A stretch of 64,000 bases of DNA from contig CAVPEC010000006.1 of assembly GCA_963702805.1 (NCBI GenBank), positions 2,749 to 66,748 of the forward strand. The letters are read 5' to 3'. The notes below the pieces were generated by a model, which saw only the letters and a list, made by a program, of their open reading frames with translations, had not been told where the DNA came from and made no database searches. Position 1 is the stretch's first letter, and every line of letters starts with the position of its first letter. Below, in pieces: positions 1 to 13,278 of this stretch. The stretch is from an uncultured Actinomycetes bacterium (GTDB lineage: Bacteria; Actinomycetota; Thermoleophilia; Solirubrobacterales; 70-9). A program made the translations under genes and the position numbers.

Positions 1-530
1 GGCCCGCCCGGCAGCAGCGAGGCGAGCCGCGCGGTCAGCGGCTCCAACCCCGCCCCGGTCGCTGACCGGGAACACCTCGTCGACCGCCTCAAGGCTTGCT
101 GCTGCGGCGGCAAGCGTCACGGCGGTCTCGGCGCGCGAAGCCGATCGCACTTGTTGACGCGGCGCATACCACCGGGGTATCGCCCCCGGCGCCGAGCAAT
201 GCGTTGGCGATGAACCTGTCGCCAGGACCCGATCCCCTGGTCGTCGTCGACGACCAGCAACGCGCAGTCGGCATCGTCCAGCTCCCGCTCGACGCGGCGC
301 TGCATCCGCTCGGTGGCGCCGTCGCGCAGCCGCCTGCACACCGGGCAGGTCCGCGAGCACCATCTGCCAACCCGCGGTCGGGTCCGTGCGCAATGCCGCG
401 AATCGCCCTGCGGGTCGTCTGCGGACGATCGGAGACGATCGCCACCTTGGCGCCGACGATCGCATTGACCAGCGTCGACTTGCCGACATTTGGGGCGACC
501 CGCCAGCCCCACGAATCCAGCGCCGGTCAT
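1..530 (-). CDS. era: GTPase Era, N-terminal part. It runs off the left edge and is frame-disrupted.
   Basis: The minus-strand translation gives [13 protein letters not shown], a frame shift, then [33 protein letters not shown], and later VNKCD. These are the P-loop and NKxD GTPase motifs. The ATG is at 530-528. The P-loop codons read ccccaaatgtcggcaag, with one extra A near 488-490. Confidence 0.85.
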
Positions 531-927
531 AACTCCTCGCCGCTCGTTGCCGAGGCCGGCGGCCGGCCCGAGGGAGCTCGTCGGCCGCCGCCTGCAGCTC
601 GAGCATCGCCCCTTGATCTTTCTCGTGGTCGTATCCGCAGCACGTGGACGCCGTCCGCGTCGCCTCGGCGAGATCGGAGGTGTCGGGGCAGATGACCACG
701 TCTCCGAGCTCGCGGGGGCCAGCGACGCGGTCGGTCCCATCGATCGGGAACGAGAGCACGTCCGTGGCCTCATCGCGCCGGCGATGCTCGCGATTGACTC
801 GCGAATCCGGCCCGCCGCGGAGCCCAGCTCAGACCGAGAGATGCCCTCGACGACGCCCGCGGCACGCAGGGCTGCCCCGGGCCGCCGGTCGCAGCTCCAC
901 CGGGACGTCCGCGAGGTCCACCGGCAC
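527..927 (-). CDS. ybeY: Endoribonuclease YbeY (frame-disrupted)
   Basis: DEATDVLSFPIDG and the metal-binding motif H-G-V-H-V-L-G-Y-D-H-E are split across two frames. The stop TGA overlaps the era ATG (ATGA). The position between phoH and era is the conserved one. Confidence 0.7.
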
Positions 928-931
928 CGGG

Positions 932-1870
932 TCAATCCTCGTTGCGGCTCTCTCGCTCGTCCTCCGCCGTAGGCAGCGACGATGCTCTGCACAAGCTGGT
1001 GGCGCACGACGTCCTCGCCGCCGACCGCACGAACGAGATGTCGGCCACCTGCGCCAGGTCTCCGATCACGACCAGCCCGGAGGCGCTTGTCGCGCTCGGT
1101 GATGTCGCGGGTGACCACCATCTTCGAGCCGAGGCGGGTCAGGAACATCTTCATCTGCTCGGGCTCGTGTTCTGCGCCTCGTCCAGGATCACGAACGAGT
1201 CATTGAGCGTCCTGCCCCGCATGAAAGCCAGCGGCGCAACCTCGATGATCCCCCGATCGAAGTAGGTGCTCACGCGCTCGGGGTCGAGCATGTCGTACAG
1301 GGCGTCGAAGAGGGGCTCAGGTAGGGATCCACCTTGGCCTGGATGTCGCCCGGCGGATCCAAGGCGCTCTCCGGCCTCGACCGCGGGACGGTGATCCGGC
1401 TCACCTCTCGAGCGTCCAGCGCCGCCACCGCCATCGCCGACCCGCGAAGGCCACGTCCGCGGGGCGACCCGAAGGTGACCGTGTGCTGGCGGATCGAGTC
1501 CACGTAGCGCTTCTGATTGACGGTCTTCGGAGCGACCTTGATGCTGCGGTCGCGCCGGATCCGCGCGTCGTCGAGGATCTCCGCCGGCCGCTGGCTGGCG
1601 TCCATCGCGCCCGCCACGGTGTCGATCATCACCGGCCGCCTCGTGCCCGCGCTCGATCAGGTCCACCACCTCCTCGACCACCGCGGCGGCGTCCCTGACC
1701 TCCCCCTCGTCTCCGTCGAGCGTCAGCACGTTTTCCGCAGATCGCAACCAATCCTGTTGCGACTCGCGCAGCACGGCGTCCTCGGATCCCGCCAGCTCGG
1801 CGGCCACCGTGTTGTCGAGCGTCGGCCTGCCTCGCGCAAAGGCCTCCGATCGCCTACGCGCCGAGGCCAT
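932..1870 (-). CDS. phoH: PhoH-like ATPase (frame-disrupted)
   Basis: Segments [80 protein letters not shown] and [15 protein letters not shown] are spread over at least 3 frames. The ATG is at 1870-1868 and the stop TGA at 934-932. Confidence 0.85.
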
Positions 1871-2263
1871 GCCGGACCGCCCCGCTGACACGCTTGCCGT
1901 CGGTCCGCCCCTGGACTCCGCGGCATGACCAGGGACATAACCTTCCCCATCTCGCCGGGCCCCAGATGGCCGCTTCCTCAGATCGCGGCGCCCAGCTCGC
2001 CCAGCCCCTGCTGGTGGACTGTCCGGCAGGTAGACGTCGATCAGCTCGCTTCCCTCCCCGCCGCGGCTCGATCCTCGCTGCCTCCCTTCGGAAGCGCCTG
2101 CGCGGCCTGTCTTGCGCTCCGGAGCACCCCGACCTCGTCCTGGGTGCCGAGCTTCGCCTCCTGCCGCAGAGCACTCGTGAGCATGCGCAGCGCGCCGACC
2201 CGGTCGCGCTCGCCCACTCATCGCCTCGCGTGTGTCCGCCTGCACCTGGTCGAGAATGCTCAT
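1854..2263 (-). CDS. GatB/YqeY-domain protein (frame-disrupted)
   Basis: The gene starts [15 protein letters not shown] (ATG 2263-2261). Later pieces are [19 protein letters not shown] and [12 protein letters not shown], which fit the YqeY family pattern. Confidence 0.65.
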
Positions 2264-2376
2264 GACTACGGGGTGACCGCGCCCCCGCAACCGGGGCCCC
2301 ACCTGAAGGCGGGCCGAATACGCCCTGAAGCTGGGCAGCGGGGTTGGGGGTCGGACGACTCCCACGTGCTGCGATC

Positions 2377-3140
2377 TCACCCAGCGGCATCTGCGGAACC
2401 GGGGGTGCAGCTCACAGAAGCTCGTCCACTCGCCGGGGCCGGGACGTCCTCGGCGTCGCTCTGCGCCTCGAGGCCCTGCGCCTCCAGCACCCGGGCGGCG
2501 GCGGCCGCCGCATAGCGGCCGGGAGTGACCAGGCGAACGTCGCGGCCGAGCATCCGCTGGAGCATCGGGGCGACGAGCGGGTAGTGCGTGCAGCCGAGGA
2601 TGAGCGTGTCGACGTCGGCCCGCTTCATCGGCGCGCAATAGGAGCGCACCGTGTCCATCACCCGCTGATCGAAGGGGAAGCCGCTCTGGATGATCGGGGC
2701 GAGGTCGGGTGCCGCCACCTCGGTCACCTCCAGGACTCGCACAACCATGGCGGTGCGAGGGCGCGACGGTAGGCGCCCGCCACCGTAGTCGGCGTGGCGA
2801 GGACGCCGACGCGCCCGCTGTCGCTGATCGCAGCCGCGATCTCCGCCTCAACCACGTCAGCACCTCCGCCCCGCTCCTCGGCCACCCGGCGAACCTGGTC
2901 CCCGCGAGGTCGCCGAGTTGCACGCGACCACCAACTGGACCCTCGGTCGAGCAGGAAGCGCATCAAGCGGTCGATGCGGGGCCGAAGCCAGTCCACGGAC
3001 TTCGTCCCAATGGGAACCCGGCAGGATCACCCAGGTAGAGGTAGCTCTCCGCCGGCAGCGAGACGAGGAGTCGTGGAGAACGGTGAGCCCGCCGATCCCC
3101 GAGTCCGAAGACGGCGATCGGCAGGGACGAGCGCTGGTCA
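2377..3140 (-). CDS. murI: Glutamate racemase (frame-disrupted; start and stop unresolved)
   Basis: [31 protein letters not shown] is split by one insertion near 3105 and one deletion about 40 nt later. [12 protein letters not shown] and [12 protein letters not shown] are also present. Confidence 0.75.
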
Positions 3141-3174
3141 GCTAGTACCCGGTTGTCGGTGCAGCAGCGGGCGC

Positions 3175-3972
3175 TCAGGCGAGCGACCCCGCCGCGAATG
3201 AGATTGCGACCCAGTCGCCCTCGGACCGCTGAGCCGCTCGGTCAGGCCGAGCCGGGCGAACGCGCGCCGTGCGTCCGGGGCCTCCGCGAGGAGCCCCGAG
3301 CAGAATCAGCCTCGGGCGCTGATCGAAGGCGCGTAGATCTCGCGCAGGATCGGCGCGGTGAGGTTGGCCGCGCGGTCGGCGCCCGGCGGCGGCTGCTGGC
3401 GCAGGTTGTCGCGACGCAGCTCGACGCGACGCCGTTCGCACGGCATTCGCGCCCGCCTCGAGCGCCGCAGGCTCCTGGTCGCAGGCCACGATCGGGCCGA
3501 AGCCCAGCTTCGCCGCCGCGATCGCCACACCCCCGAGCCGGTCCCCCCAGCGCAAGGGCGCCGCTGCGCGTGCCCCATCGGCCAGCTCCAGCAGCAGCTC
3601 CAGGCACATCCTGGTGGTCGGGTGCGCGCCGAGTTCGAACGCCTGGCCCGGGTCGACCACGACGTCAATCGTTCCCCTCCCGCGCCGCCTCCCACGAGGG
3701 CCGCCACAGACGCCCGCCGACGTCGAGGGGCCGGTGGAAGTCCTGCCAACGGGTCCGCCCAATCGTCAGGGATCTCGGCCGATGTGACGGCCACCAGCCC
3801 GTCGCCGGCGATCGCCTCGAGGTCCGGGAGCGCCGGCAGCTCGCCGGGGGGTGCCGATGATCCGCATACTCCACGTAGCCGTCGCCACGCTCTTCCTCGA
3901 CCCCTCCGGTGCCAGCTCCACCAGGTCGGCGAGCACCCCGTCGGCGAGGCCGCGAACGGCCAGCCGGATCAC
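3175..3972 (-). CDS. prmA: Ribosomal protein L11 methyltransferase (frame-disrupted)
   Basis: [64 protein letters not shown] and GVAIAAAKLGFGPIVACD are present. The GTG start at 3972 overlaps the dnaJ stop (GTGA). Confidence 0.75.
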
Positions 3973-5070
3973 CTGCCGCGCCTGGCGCGAGCGCCGGCGG
4001 CGCAAGCGGGAGCGGCCATCGCCCCGAGTTCGCGGACCCAAGGGCCTCGTCGAGCCGCTCGGCCAGCTCCCGCTGATCCTTGCTCAGCTCGCCGGGCACG
4101 TAGACGTCCAGCACCACGTGCTGGTCGCCCCGCGCCGCCCCGCGGAGGAGCGCAGCCCCAGGCCCCGCACGACAATCTGCTCGCCAGGGCTCGGCCCCCG
4201 CGGGACCTCGATCTCGCGCTCGCCGTCCACGTGCGCACGGTCACGCTGGTGCCGAGCATGGCTCTGGTCGCGGGCAGCTCGACCACGGTGACCAGGATCC
4301 AGGCGCTCGAAGCGCTCGTCGTCCGCGACGACAACCTGGACGTAGAGGTCCCGGCCTCGCCGGCGTGCCCGGCCGTCCGGATCCGCTGTCCGGACTCGAT
4401 CCCCGGGGGCGCCTCGATTCCCACGTGCGCCCCGGGCACTGCCAACCTGGCCTCCCCAGCTCCTGGCATGGGGTCTCGGGCACCCGCCCCTAGACCGGCC
4501 CCGAGCAGGCGCCGGTCCCGCACGACCTGACCGAAGGCGACCCGCGCGACCTCGCGGGACTTCGCCGTCCGCCACACGTCTCGCAGGCCCAAATCGGTGT
4601 TCCGGGCTCCGCCGTTGCCCCGGCAGTGCTCGCAGGTCGAGACCACCTCGAACGACACCTCGCGAGAGGCGCCCGTGAGCACCTCCTCGAGGGTCACCTC
4701 GACCTGCGCCCCGATATCGCCGCCGCTCGCGGGCCCGGGCGGGCCGAACCCGAACAACTCGCTGAACATCGGGTCGCCGCGGCCGAAGAACGCCGATAGC
4801 ACGTCTGAAGCTCCCGAATGCGTCCGAGCGAGGCGCCCAGCCGCCGGTGCGAAGCCCGTCGTGCCCGAACGCGTCGTAGGTCCGGCGCCGGTCCGGGTCC
4901 GAGAGCACCTCGTAGGCCTCTGCGGCCTCCTTGAACTTCTCCTCGGCCTCGGGGTCGTGCCGGTTGACGTCGGGGTGAAGCTCACGCGCCAGCCGACGGA
5001 AGGCCTTCTTCACCTCCGCGTCGTCCGCCCCTCGGTCGACGCCGAGGACCTCGTAGTAGTCGCGCTTCAC
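3969..5070 (-). CDS. dnaJ: Chaperone DnaJ (frame-disrupted)
   Basis: The J-domain reads [10 protein letters not shown]...HPDVN...[16 protein letters not shown] CxxCxGxG zinc-finger motif (CEHCRGNG) and the C-terminal [25 protein letters not shown] lie in other frames. The GTG start is at 5070. Confidence 0.9.
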
Positions 5071-5074
5071 CGCG

Positions 5075-6100
5075 CTAGCCCTCGTAGACCGTTTCGAAGA
5101 AGCGCGAGAGGCTGCCCGCCGCGTCGCGCACCGAGGCGATCGCCGTCGCGTAGTCCATGCGCAGCGGCCCGACCACGCCCACGGTTCCCAGGTTCCTGTA
5201 GCCGAGGCCGTAATTGGCGCCGACAACGCTCACCGACCGCAGCTCTGGCGCCGGGTTCTCGCCGCCGATCCACAGGAACACCGAGCGCTCGTCGAGCGCC
5301 GAGCGCAGGATCCCGAGCAGGTTCGCGCGGCGCTCGAGCGCCCGCATCAGCGCGGCTGGGGCAGGTCGCCGGCGTGATCCTCGGACAGCAGGCGTGCCGT
5401 GCCCTCGACGTAGAGGTCCGCCTCGGCGCGCTCCTCGAGTCCGGTGAACGCCTCGTCGATCTCGGAGATGAACCCCGCCTCTGCGGGGTCGAGCTCGGAG
5501 TCGGCAAGGCGATCGGCGATCATGCGCGCCCCGAGGCCGAGTCCGGCGACCCGCTCGTTCAAGTAGCTCGAGGCCCATTCCACGAGCCCCGGATCCACCG
5601 GCGCTCGAAGGTGAAGATCCGTTTCGTGACCGCGCCGTTGGAGGCGATCACGACGACCATCACGACGCGCGGCTGGAGCATCAGCACCTCTACCCGGTGG
5701 ATGCGGGTGCTCGAGGGTGGCGAGCGGTCGCAAGCGCCAGCAGGTCGGTGATCCGTGACAGCTCGGAGGTCGTCTCGCGCATCGCCTCGTCGACCTCGCG
5801 CCGCACCTGTGTCAGGTCGGCGACAACGCCACCAGGGGGCGTCTCGAGCCGCCGCCCGGAGGCGAGCAGCGAATCCGCGTAGAAGCGGTAGCCGGAGTCG
5901 GTCGGCATGCGCCCGGCCGAGGTGTGCGGGTGACTGAGGAAGCCCGCCCGCTCGAGCTCCGCCAGCTCGGCACGCACGGTCGAAGGGCTCCACTCGATGT
6001 CCGCCGCTGCGGCGATCGACTTCGAGCCGACGGGCTTCCCGGACTCGAGGTAGGCGTCGACGACCAGGCTCAGGATCCGTTGCTGGCGCTCGGAGAGCAT
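5075..6100 (-). CDS. hrcA: Heat-inducible repressor HrcA (frame-disrupted)
   Basis: The gene starts [46 protein letters not shown] is present, and the C-terminus reads [27 protein letters not shown]. It sits directly upstream of dnaJ. Confidence 0.9.
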
Positions 6101-6552
6101 GAGGTCGAGTCTAGGAGCGAGCCCAATCGGCCCGGCCCGTGCCGGCGGCCGAGCCTGGCGAGCTCGAGCTCGGCCTCGGCGTTGCGGATGATCCGGTTGT
6201 CGCCCTGGGCGGCGACGGTGTCGGTGACCACGCGGCCGTCCTCGGCCTCTTTGACCGTGGCCGTGACCACGATCTCCTGCTCGGGGAACCCCATGCCGCG
6301 GAACTGGACGGAGAGCCGCTTCAGGGCGCGGGGGTCGCCGCCGGCGGCGTCGGTGTGCGCCCGCGCGACCTGCGCCATCGAATACAGGCCGTGGAGGATC
6401 ACGCCGGGCAGCCCGACCGACTTGGCGAACTCGGGGTCGGTGTGGATCGGGTTCGGATCGCCCGACGCCTCGGCGTAGCGCTTGGTCAGGCCGGCGTCCG
6501 GAGTGACCCTCAGCTCCGGCAGCGAGTCGCCCTGCTTGAAGTCGCTCATCAC
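6070..6552 (-). CDS. MaoC-like (R)-hydratase/dehydratase, HadB-like
   Basis: The hot-dog hydratase motif is YAEASGDPNPIHTDPEFAKSVGLPGVILHG. The last ~15 codons overlap the hrcA start and may be read-through caused by an indel. An alternative TAG lies at ~6111. Confidence 0.8.
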   Translation of the reverse strand: MMSDFKQGDSLPELRVTPDAGLTKRYAEASGDPNPIHTDPEFAKSVGLPGVILHGLYSMAQVARAHTDAAGGDPRALKRLSVQFRGMGFPEQEIVVTATVKEAEDGRVVTDTVAAQGDNRIIRNAEAELELARLGRRHGPGRLGSLLDSTSCSPSASNGS

Positions 6553-6556
6553 GCGA

Positions 6557-6997
6557 TCAGACCCCTCGAACGATGTCGGTCCAGGTGCCGCGGACCGTCT
6601 CCTCGCCGTCCTGGTTGGTGGACACGGACTCGAACACGTAGTAGCCCCTGCCGTCCTGCTCGTAGATCTCCTTGCAGGTGGCGGTGGTGGTGATCACGTC
6701 GCCGGCGCACACCGGCTCTCCCCACTCGAACTCCTGGCCGCCGTGGACCATGGCGGGAAGGTTGATCCCGACCTCGGGATCGAGGATCGCCGGCCCCAGC
6801 GCCGGTGCGCTGTAGACGACGCAGAACATCGGCGGCGCCACCAGATCGCGAAAGCCGGCTGCCTTGGCGGCGTCGGCGTCGTGGTAGATGGGGTTGTCCT
6901 CACCGACCGCGTTCGCGTACTGGTCGATCCGCGCGGCCTCGACCTCGAACGAGGCAGGCGGCCATTCCTTTCCGACGGCTTCCGTCTTCACGGCCAT
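6557..6997 (-). CDS. MaoC-like hot-dog protein, HadA-like partner subunit
   Basis: This is an intact 146-aa ORF containing YANAVGEDNPIYHDADAAKAAGFRDLVAPPMF. It lies 4 nt upstream of the hydratase gene. Confidence 0.75.
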   Translation of the reverse strand: MAVKTEAVGKEWPPASFEVEAARIDQYANAVGEDNPIYHDADAAKAAGFRDLVAPPMFCVVYSAPALGPAILDPEVGINLPAMVHGGQEFEWGEPVCAGDVITTTATCKEIYEQDGRGYYVFESVSTNQDGEETVRGTWTDIVRGV

Positions 6998-7017
6998 CGC
7001 GGCGTCAGAATATCGGC

Positions 7018-7773
7018 GTGGCGTCGACGGCCGAAGTCACCGTTCAGGTCGACCTTGCGGAAGGAGGAGGGCAGCTCGCCGGGTTCCTGCTGCTCGCCGG
7101 GTTCCTGCTCTCGTTCGGGTTCATCCGCATGAGCACGCGCCTGATGCGCAGCCCCAAGGTGCCTGGTGGCCGGGGAGCATCCAGACCGAGGGCGGCCTCC
7201 ACGTCCACCACCTCGTCTTCGGGATCGTGCTCCTGATGCTCGCCGGGTTCTGTGAGTTCGCGCTCCAGCCCGGCGCCCCCTGGCTGGAGATCATGGCCGC
7301 CGCCTTCGGGGTGGGGATGGGCCTGACCCTGGACGAGTTCGCGCTCTGGCTCCACCTCGACGACGTCTACTGGGCCGAGGAGGGGCGCCGCTCGGTCGAC
7401 GCGGTGATCTTTGCGACCGTGCTGGGCGGCGCCCTGGTGCTCGGCTTCACGCCCCTGGAGAGCGGGGACACGAGCTCGGTGCTCGGAATCGCCGCCCTCC
7501 TCGGCCTGGACCTCGGCTGCTCCGTGATCGCGGCGCTGAAGGGCAAGTACACGTCGGCGGTGGTCGGCATCCTGGTGCCGCTGGTCGGGCTGGTGGCCGC
7601 GCGTCCGGCTTGCGAAGCCGGAGTCTCCGTGGGCACGGCGCTGGTACGCCGAGGGAGGCAGGCGCCTGACCCGGGCAACCGCGAGGTCTGAGCGCAGCCG
7701 CAGGCGATACCGCCGCTGGCAGGACCGGATCGGCGGCGCCCCCACCTCGGTCGAGCCGCCGAACCAGGCCTGA
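7018..7773 (+). CDS. Integral membrane protein of unknown function (frame-disrupted)
   Basis: Hydrophobic segments include LAGFLLLAGFLLSFGFI, HHLVFGIVLLMLAGF, IFATVLGGALVLGF and VVGILVPLVGLV. The tail RLAKPESPWARRWY is found in a third frame that ends at 7773. Confidence 0.5.
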
Positions 7774-7829
7774 GAGCGCCTCAGCCGGCCGATCGCCGAC
7801 GACGTCGACGTACGGCCGTTGGCTCCTGC

Positions 7830-9630
<1,801 letters not shown>

Positions 9631-9737
9631 GGCGAAGCCAGTATGGCGAGCGGCCAGGTGGCGGAACTGTCCAGGACCGAGGCGCTTGGCGCTTTTTCGC
9701 CGCTATCCGGCAAGAACGCGCCGGCCGGGGACACCGC

Positions 9738-11460
9738 TCAGGTGGTGCCGGGCTCGCGGCCGCGAAGCAGCCGCCAGATCTGCTGCGCCTCCGGGATTCG
9801 GAGCAGGGTGATCGCCGCCGCGTAGACGGCGGCCCCGCCGCCAGGCCGGCGCTCAGGCGAGACGATCTGGCCGCCCGAGGCCGCGGCCCAGGGCCTGGTC
9901 GAGCACGTACCAGACGCCGTAGCTCGCCCCCGCCAGAGCGGCGGCGGCGCCGCTGACGCGAGCCGTGGTCCAGACCAGCCTGCCCGAGCTCCAGCCGGCC
10001 GAGCTGGCGGCGCAGGACGATCGTCTGCGCGAGCACGCTGGCCGCGGTCGCGATCACGGTGGCGGCGACGATCCCGCCGACGCCGAAGGGCTCGTAGAGC
10101 AGCAGCGCGGCGAGTCGCCGTGATCGCCAGGTTGACGCCCGAGATCGCCGTCGGCACCCAGGGCCGCTGGAGGCTGAAGAAGGTCCGGGTCAGCAGCAGG
10201 AAGAGGCCGTTGAACGGCAGCGAGAAGGCGAACCAGAAGAGCGCGGTGGCGACGACCTCCGTGTCGCCGGGGCTGAACTCGCCGCGCTGGTAGACGAGCC
10301 GGATCATCGGCACCGAGAGCACGAGGATCGCCGCCGCGGCCGGGATCAGCAGGAGCACGATCTGCCGCATCCCGTTGGCCATCGTCGCTCGCAGGTCGTC
10401 GTACTCGCGGCGCGCCGCGAGCCGCGCCAGGGTCGGGAACACCACCGTCGTCACGGCGACGGAGAAGATCCCCTGGGGCAGCATGTAGATGCGGAACGCC
10501 TTGTCGATCGCCGCCGGCGCGTGCGCGGAGACGAGGGTGCCGAAGATGCTGTTGATCAGCAGGTTGAAGTTGATCAGCCCGAGGCTGAGCGTCACGGGCA
10601 GCATCAGCAGCAGCACGCGTCGCACCTCGAGGCTTCGCCAGTCGAACACCCGCAACAGCCGGAACGGCGTGTGGCGCAGGTCCCAGGTGGGGATCGCCAG
10701 CTGGATCGCCGTCCCCACCAGCACCCCGATCGCGTAGGCGTAGATCCGGTTGTCGCCGTGAAAGAGCGGGGCCATGGCGACCAGGACGACGATGATCGCC
10801 ACGTTCCAGAAGAACGGCGAGATCGCGAAGGCGCCGAAGCGGTCGTAGCTGTTGAGGATGCCGACGACCATCCCGGTCGTCCCGAGCATCACCAGGATCG
10901 GGAACAGGACCTGCGAGAGGGTGACCGTGAGGCCCTGCGGGACGTTGAGAGCCGACGAACAGCGGCATCAGCACCGGCGCGATGAGGATGAAGAGCGCGG
11001 TGAGCGCGGTCAGGACCAGGGTGACCAGGAAGATCAGGGTGGAGGCGAGCCGGAACGCCTCGCGCTTGTTTCCCCGCTCCAGCTGCTCGGTGAAGACCGG
11101 GACGAAGGCCGCCTGGATCGCCGCGTCGGCGAACAGGCTGCGGACCAGGTTCGGGACCTGGAACGCGATCGTGAACGCCGACATCGCGCCGCTGACGCCG
11201 AAGTAGCAGGCCGCGAACACCTCGCGGACGAGACCGGCGACCCGCGAGAGGCTGGTGGCGACGGAGAAGAGGGCGGTCGAGCGGGCCAGCCGCCCGGCGC
11301 GCGCCTGCGCGGACTCGCCGGCCACGGCCAGCGCCTCGGTGCCGGGCTCCTCCGCGGCGACGATGTCCACCGGGCCCGGGTCCAGTCCGCGCTCGCCGTA
11401 CAGCCGCTCGCGGGCTCGGCGTTCGTCCTCCCCGCTTTGGCCGGGGTCCCGGCGCTCCAT
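9738..11460 (-). CDS. murJ: Lipid II flippase MurJ/MviN (frame-disrupted)
   Basis: [41 protein letters not shown] and [17 protein letters not shown] are present, along with many transmembrane segments. The ATG is at 11460. Confidence 0.85.
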
Positions 11461-11533
11461 CAGGCCGCCGACCTCCGTCCCGGCGCGCGCGGCCCAGCCG
11501 CCCAGCCGCCCCGCTATAGTCGCCGGTCGCCCG

Positions 11534-11800
11534 ATGGCCAACATCGCCTCACAGCGAAAGCGCATCCAGCGCTCCGAGCGCGAGCGGCTCGAGAACCGTC
11601 GCCTCCAGAGCGCCGTCAAGACCCATTTCCGGCGCCTCGAGCGCGCCGTGGAGTCGGGCGATTCCGCCACGATCGCGGACGAGCACCGCCAGCTCGTCTC
11701 GCGGATCGACAAGGCGGTCCAGAAGGGCGCCCTGCACTCGAACAACGGCGCCCGCAAGAAGACTCGCGCCGCCCGCCTGCTGAACCGCGCCGCCGGGTAA
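11534..11800 (+). CDS. rpsT: 30S ribosomal protein S20
   Basis: MANIASQRKRIQRSERERLENRRLQSAVKTHFRR... is intact at 88 aa. A TATAGT box lies at 11514-11519, just upstream. Confidence 0.9.
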   Translation: MANIASQRKRIQRSERERLENRRLQSAVKTHFRRLERAVESGDSATIADEHRQLVSRIDKAVQKGALHSNNGARKKTRAARLLNRAAG

Positions 11801-11845
11801 CGCCGGACACGACCGCCGGTCGCCCGCTGCGACGCGCGCGCTGCC

Positions 11846-12877
11846 TCAGCCCGCACCGGCGCCGGCGCCGGCCGCTCGCCGCACCGCGAGCGTCAGCGCC
11901 ACGTCGTCCGGGTACTCCGAGCCGCCACGGGTCCACCACTCCAGATCGGCGACCGCGCAGGTGGCGGCGCGAAGATCCGCGGGCGAAGCTCCTCGCAGCC
12001 GTCGAACCAGCATCTTCGCCGCGTAGGGATGCATCTTGAGCCTTGCCTCGACCTCTCCTGCGAGCTCCCCGCCTCCAGCTCCAGCAGGGCGGCGTGCGCC
12101 TCGCGCAGCCGTCGCGCGGCCTGATAGATGAGTGGAGTGACGCCCTCGCCCTGGGCGGCCAGGCGCTCCGCGGCGCGGATGGCCGTACGCGGGTCGCGGG
12201 CGACGATCGCATCGGAAAGGGTCCAGGCAGCCTCCTCGGACGTGTCGGCCACCATCGCCTCGAGGTCGGCGACCGTCACCTCCCCCTCCGGCCCCGCCCA
12301 GAGCGCCAGCCGCTCGAGCTCGTTGGCCAGGCGCAGCGTGCCCTCCCCCAGGCGCTCGACCAGAAGGCGCGCGGCGTCGGGCTCGAGCCGGAAGCCGCGC
12401 TGGCTCGCCTCGGCGACGAGCCGAGGCGGCAGCTCGCGCGCCTTCGGCGCCTGGTAGCGGAGCACCTCGCCGCCGGCGGCCTCGATCGCCTTGGCAATGC
12501 CCGCCGGGTGCCTTGGTCTTCGGCGACATCTCCCGCGCGACCAGCACCACCGTGAGGTCGGGCGGCAGGGCGCCGAGCGCGGCGATCACGGGCTCCGCCT
12601 GCTTGGCGGTCCACCGCTCGACGCCGTCGGCGAGCAGGTAGCGCCGAGACGCCATCAGGGACATCGAGGGGATCGCCGCGATCAGCGCGTCGGCGTCGGG
12701 CGGCCCCTGCCCGGCCTCGGGCGCGAAGCTCTCCAGAGCCCCGGGACCGCCCTCGCGCTCGGCACGGGCGCGGAGGCGGGACAGCGCCGCATCGATCTTG
12801 CCCTCGTCGCTGCCGGCGATCAGGTAGGCGGGCTTGATCGCGCCCGAGCCACTGGCGCGTCGGTGGGTGCTCGACAT
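11846..12877 (-). CDS. holA: DNA polymerase III delta subunit (frame-disrupted)
   Basis: KPAYLIAGSDEGKIDAAL, VVLVARE, LANELERLALWAG and the C-terminal MHPYAAKMLVRRLRGASPADL are present. The position next to comEC and rpsT is the conserved one. Confidence 0.75.
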   Translation of the reverse strand: MSSTHRRASGSGAIKPAYLIAGSDEGKIDAALSRLRARAEREGGPGALESFAPEAGQGPPDADALIAAIPSMSLMASRRYLLADGVERWTAKQAEPVIAALGALPPDLTVVLVAREMSPKTKAPGGHCQGDRGRRRRGAPLPGAEGARAAASARRRGEPARLPARARRRAPSGRAPGGGHAAPGQRARAAGALGGAGGGGDGRRPRGDGGRHVRGGCLDPFRCDRRPRPAYGHPRRGAPGRPGRGRHSTHLSGRATAARGARRPAGAGGGELAGEVEARLKMHPYAAKMLVRRLRGASPADLRAATCAVADLEWWTRGGSEYPDDVALTLAVRRAAGAGAGAG

Positions 12878-12965
12878 GGCCGCCGAGTGTATTCGGAGCC
12901 GCGGCCGCTCCTAAGCCGCCGCGCCCGGAAAGCGGCGCCGCGAACCATCCCGCTGTGCCGAGTGG

Positions 12966-13200
12966 TCAGTAGGCGGTGCCGCCGCCGTTGCCGCCGCTGC
13001 CGCTGTCGAGTGCTGGTCGATGGTGGTCGTGGTGGTGCTCGACGAGGAGCTCGTCGTCGAGGTGACGTGGTGCTGCTGGTTGGAGCCGCTGCCCCTCCCG
13101 CGGTGACGGTGGTCGTGCTATCGCCGCCGCAGGCGGCGATTCCGGCCCCCGCCCCCACTCCGAGGGCGATTGCCGCAGCGACGGCCGCTAGCCGGTTCAT
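12966..13200 (-). CDS. Small Ser/Thr-rich putative lipoprotein (frame uncertain)
   Basis: MNRLAAVAAAIALGVGAGAGIAACGGD is a signal peptide with a lipobox Cys. A low-complexity T/S/G tail follows, ending ...GSGGNGGGTAY in a shifted frame. Confidence 0.4.
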
Positions 13201-13278
13201 CGCTCTCCTTCCGGTTGCCTACCGAGCCGCGGAGCCTACCCAAGCGGTCGGCGCAAACCGGTGATGAGGGGCCCGGGC

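Noticed and set aside
1151-2923. A 590-aa minus-strand ORF, the longest in this region
   Set aside because: It is a chimera. Only short stretches are real protein: the phoH middle and C-terminal blocks and the YqeY start. The rest is Arg/Pro/Gly-rich out-of-frame read-through, which is typical of very GC-rich DNA where stop codons are rare in wrong frames.
6070-6113. An overlap of about 30 nt between the MaoC hydratase ORF and the hrcA start, as a possible regulatory overlap
   Set aside because: The MaoC domain is complete well before the overlap, and an alternative TAG lies at ~6111 in a neighbouring frame. This is most simply a lost stop caused by an indel.
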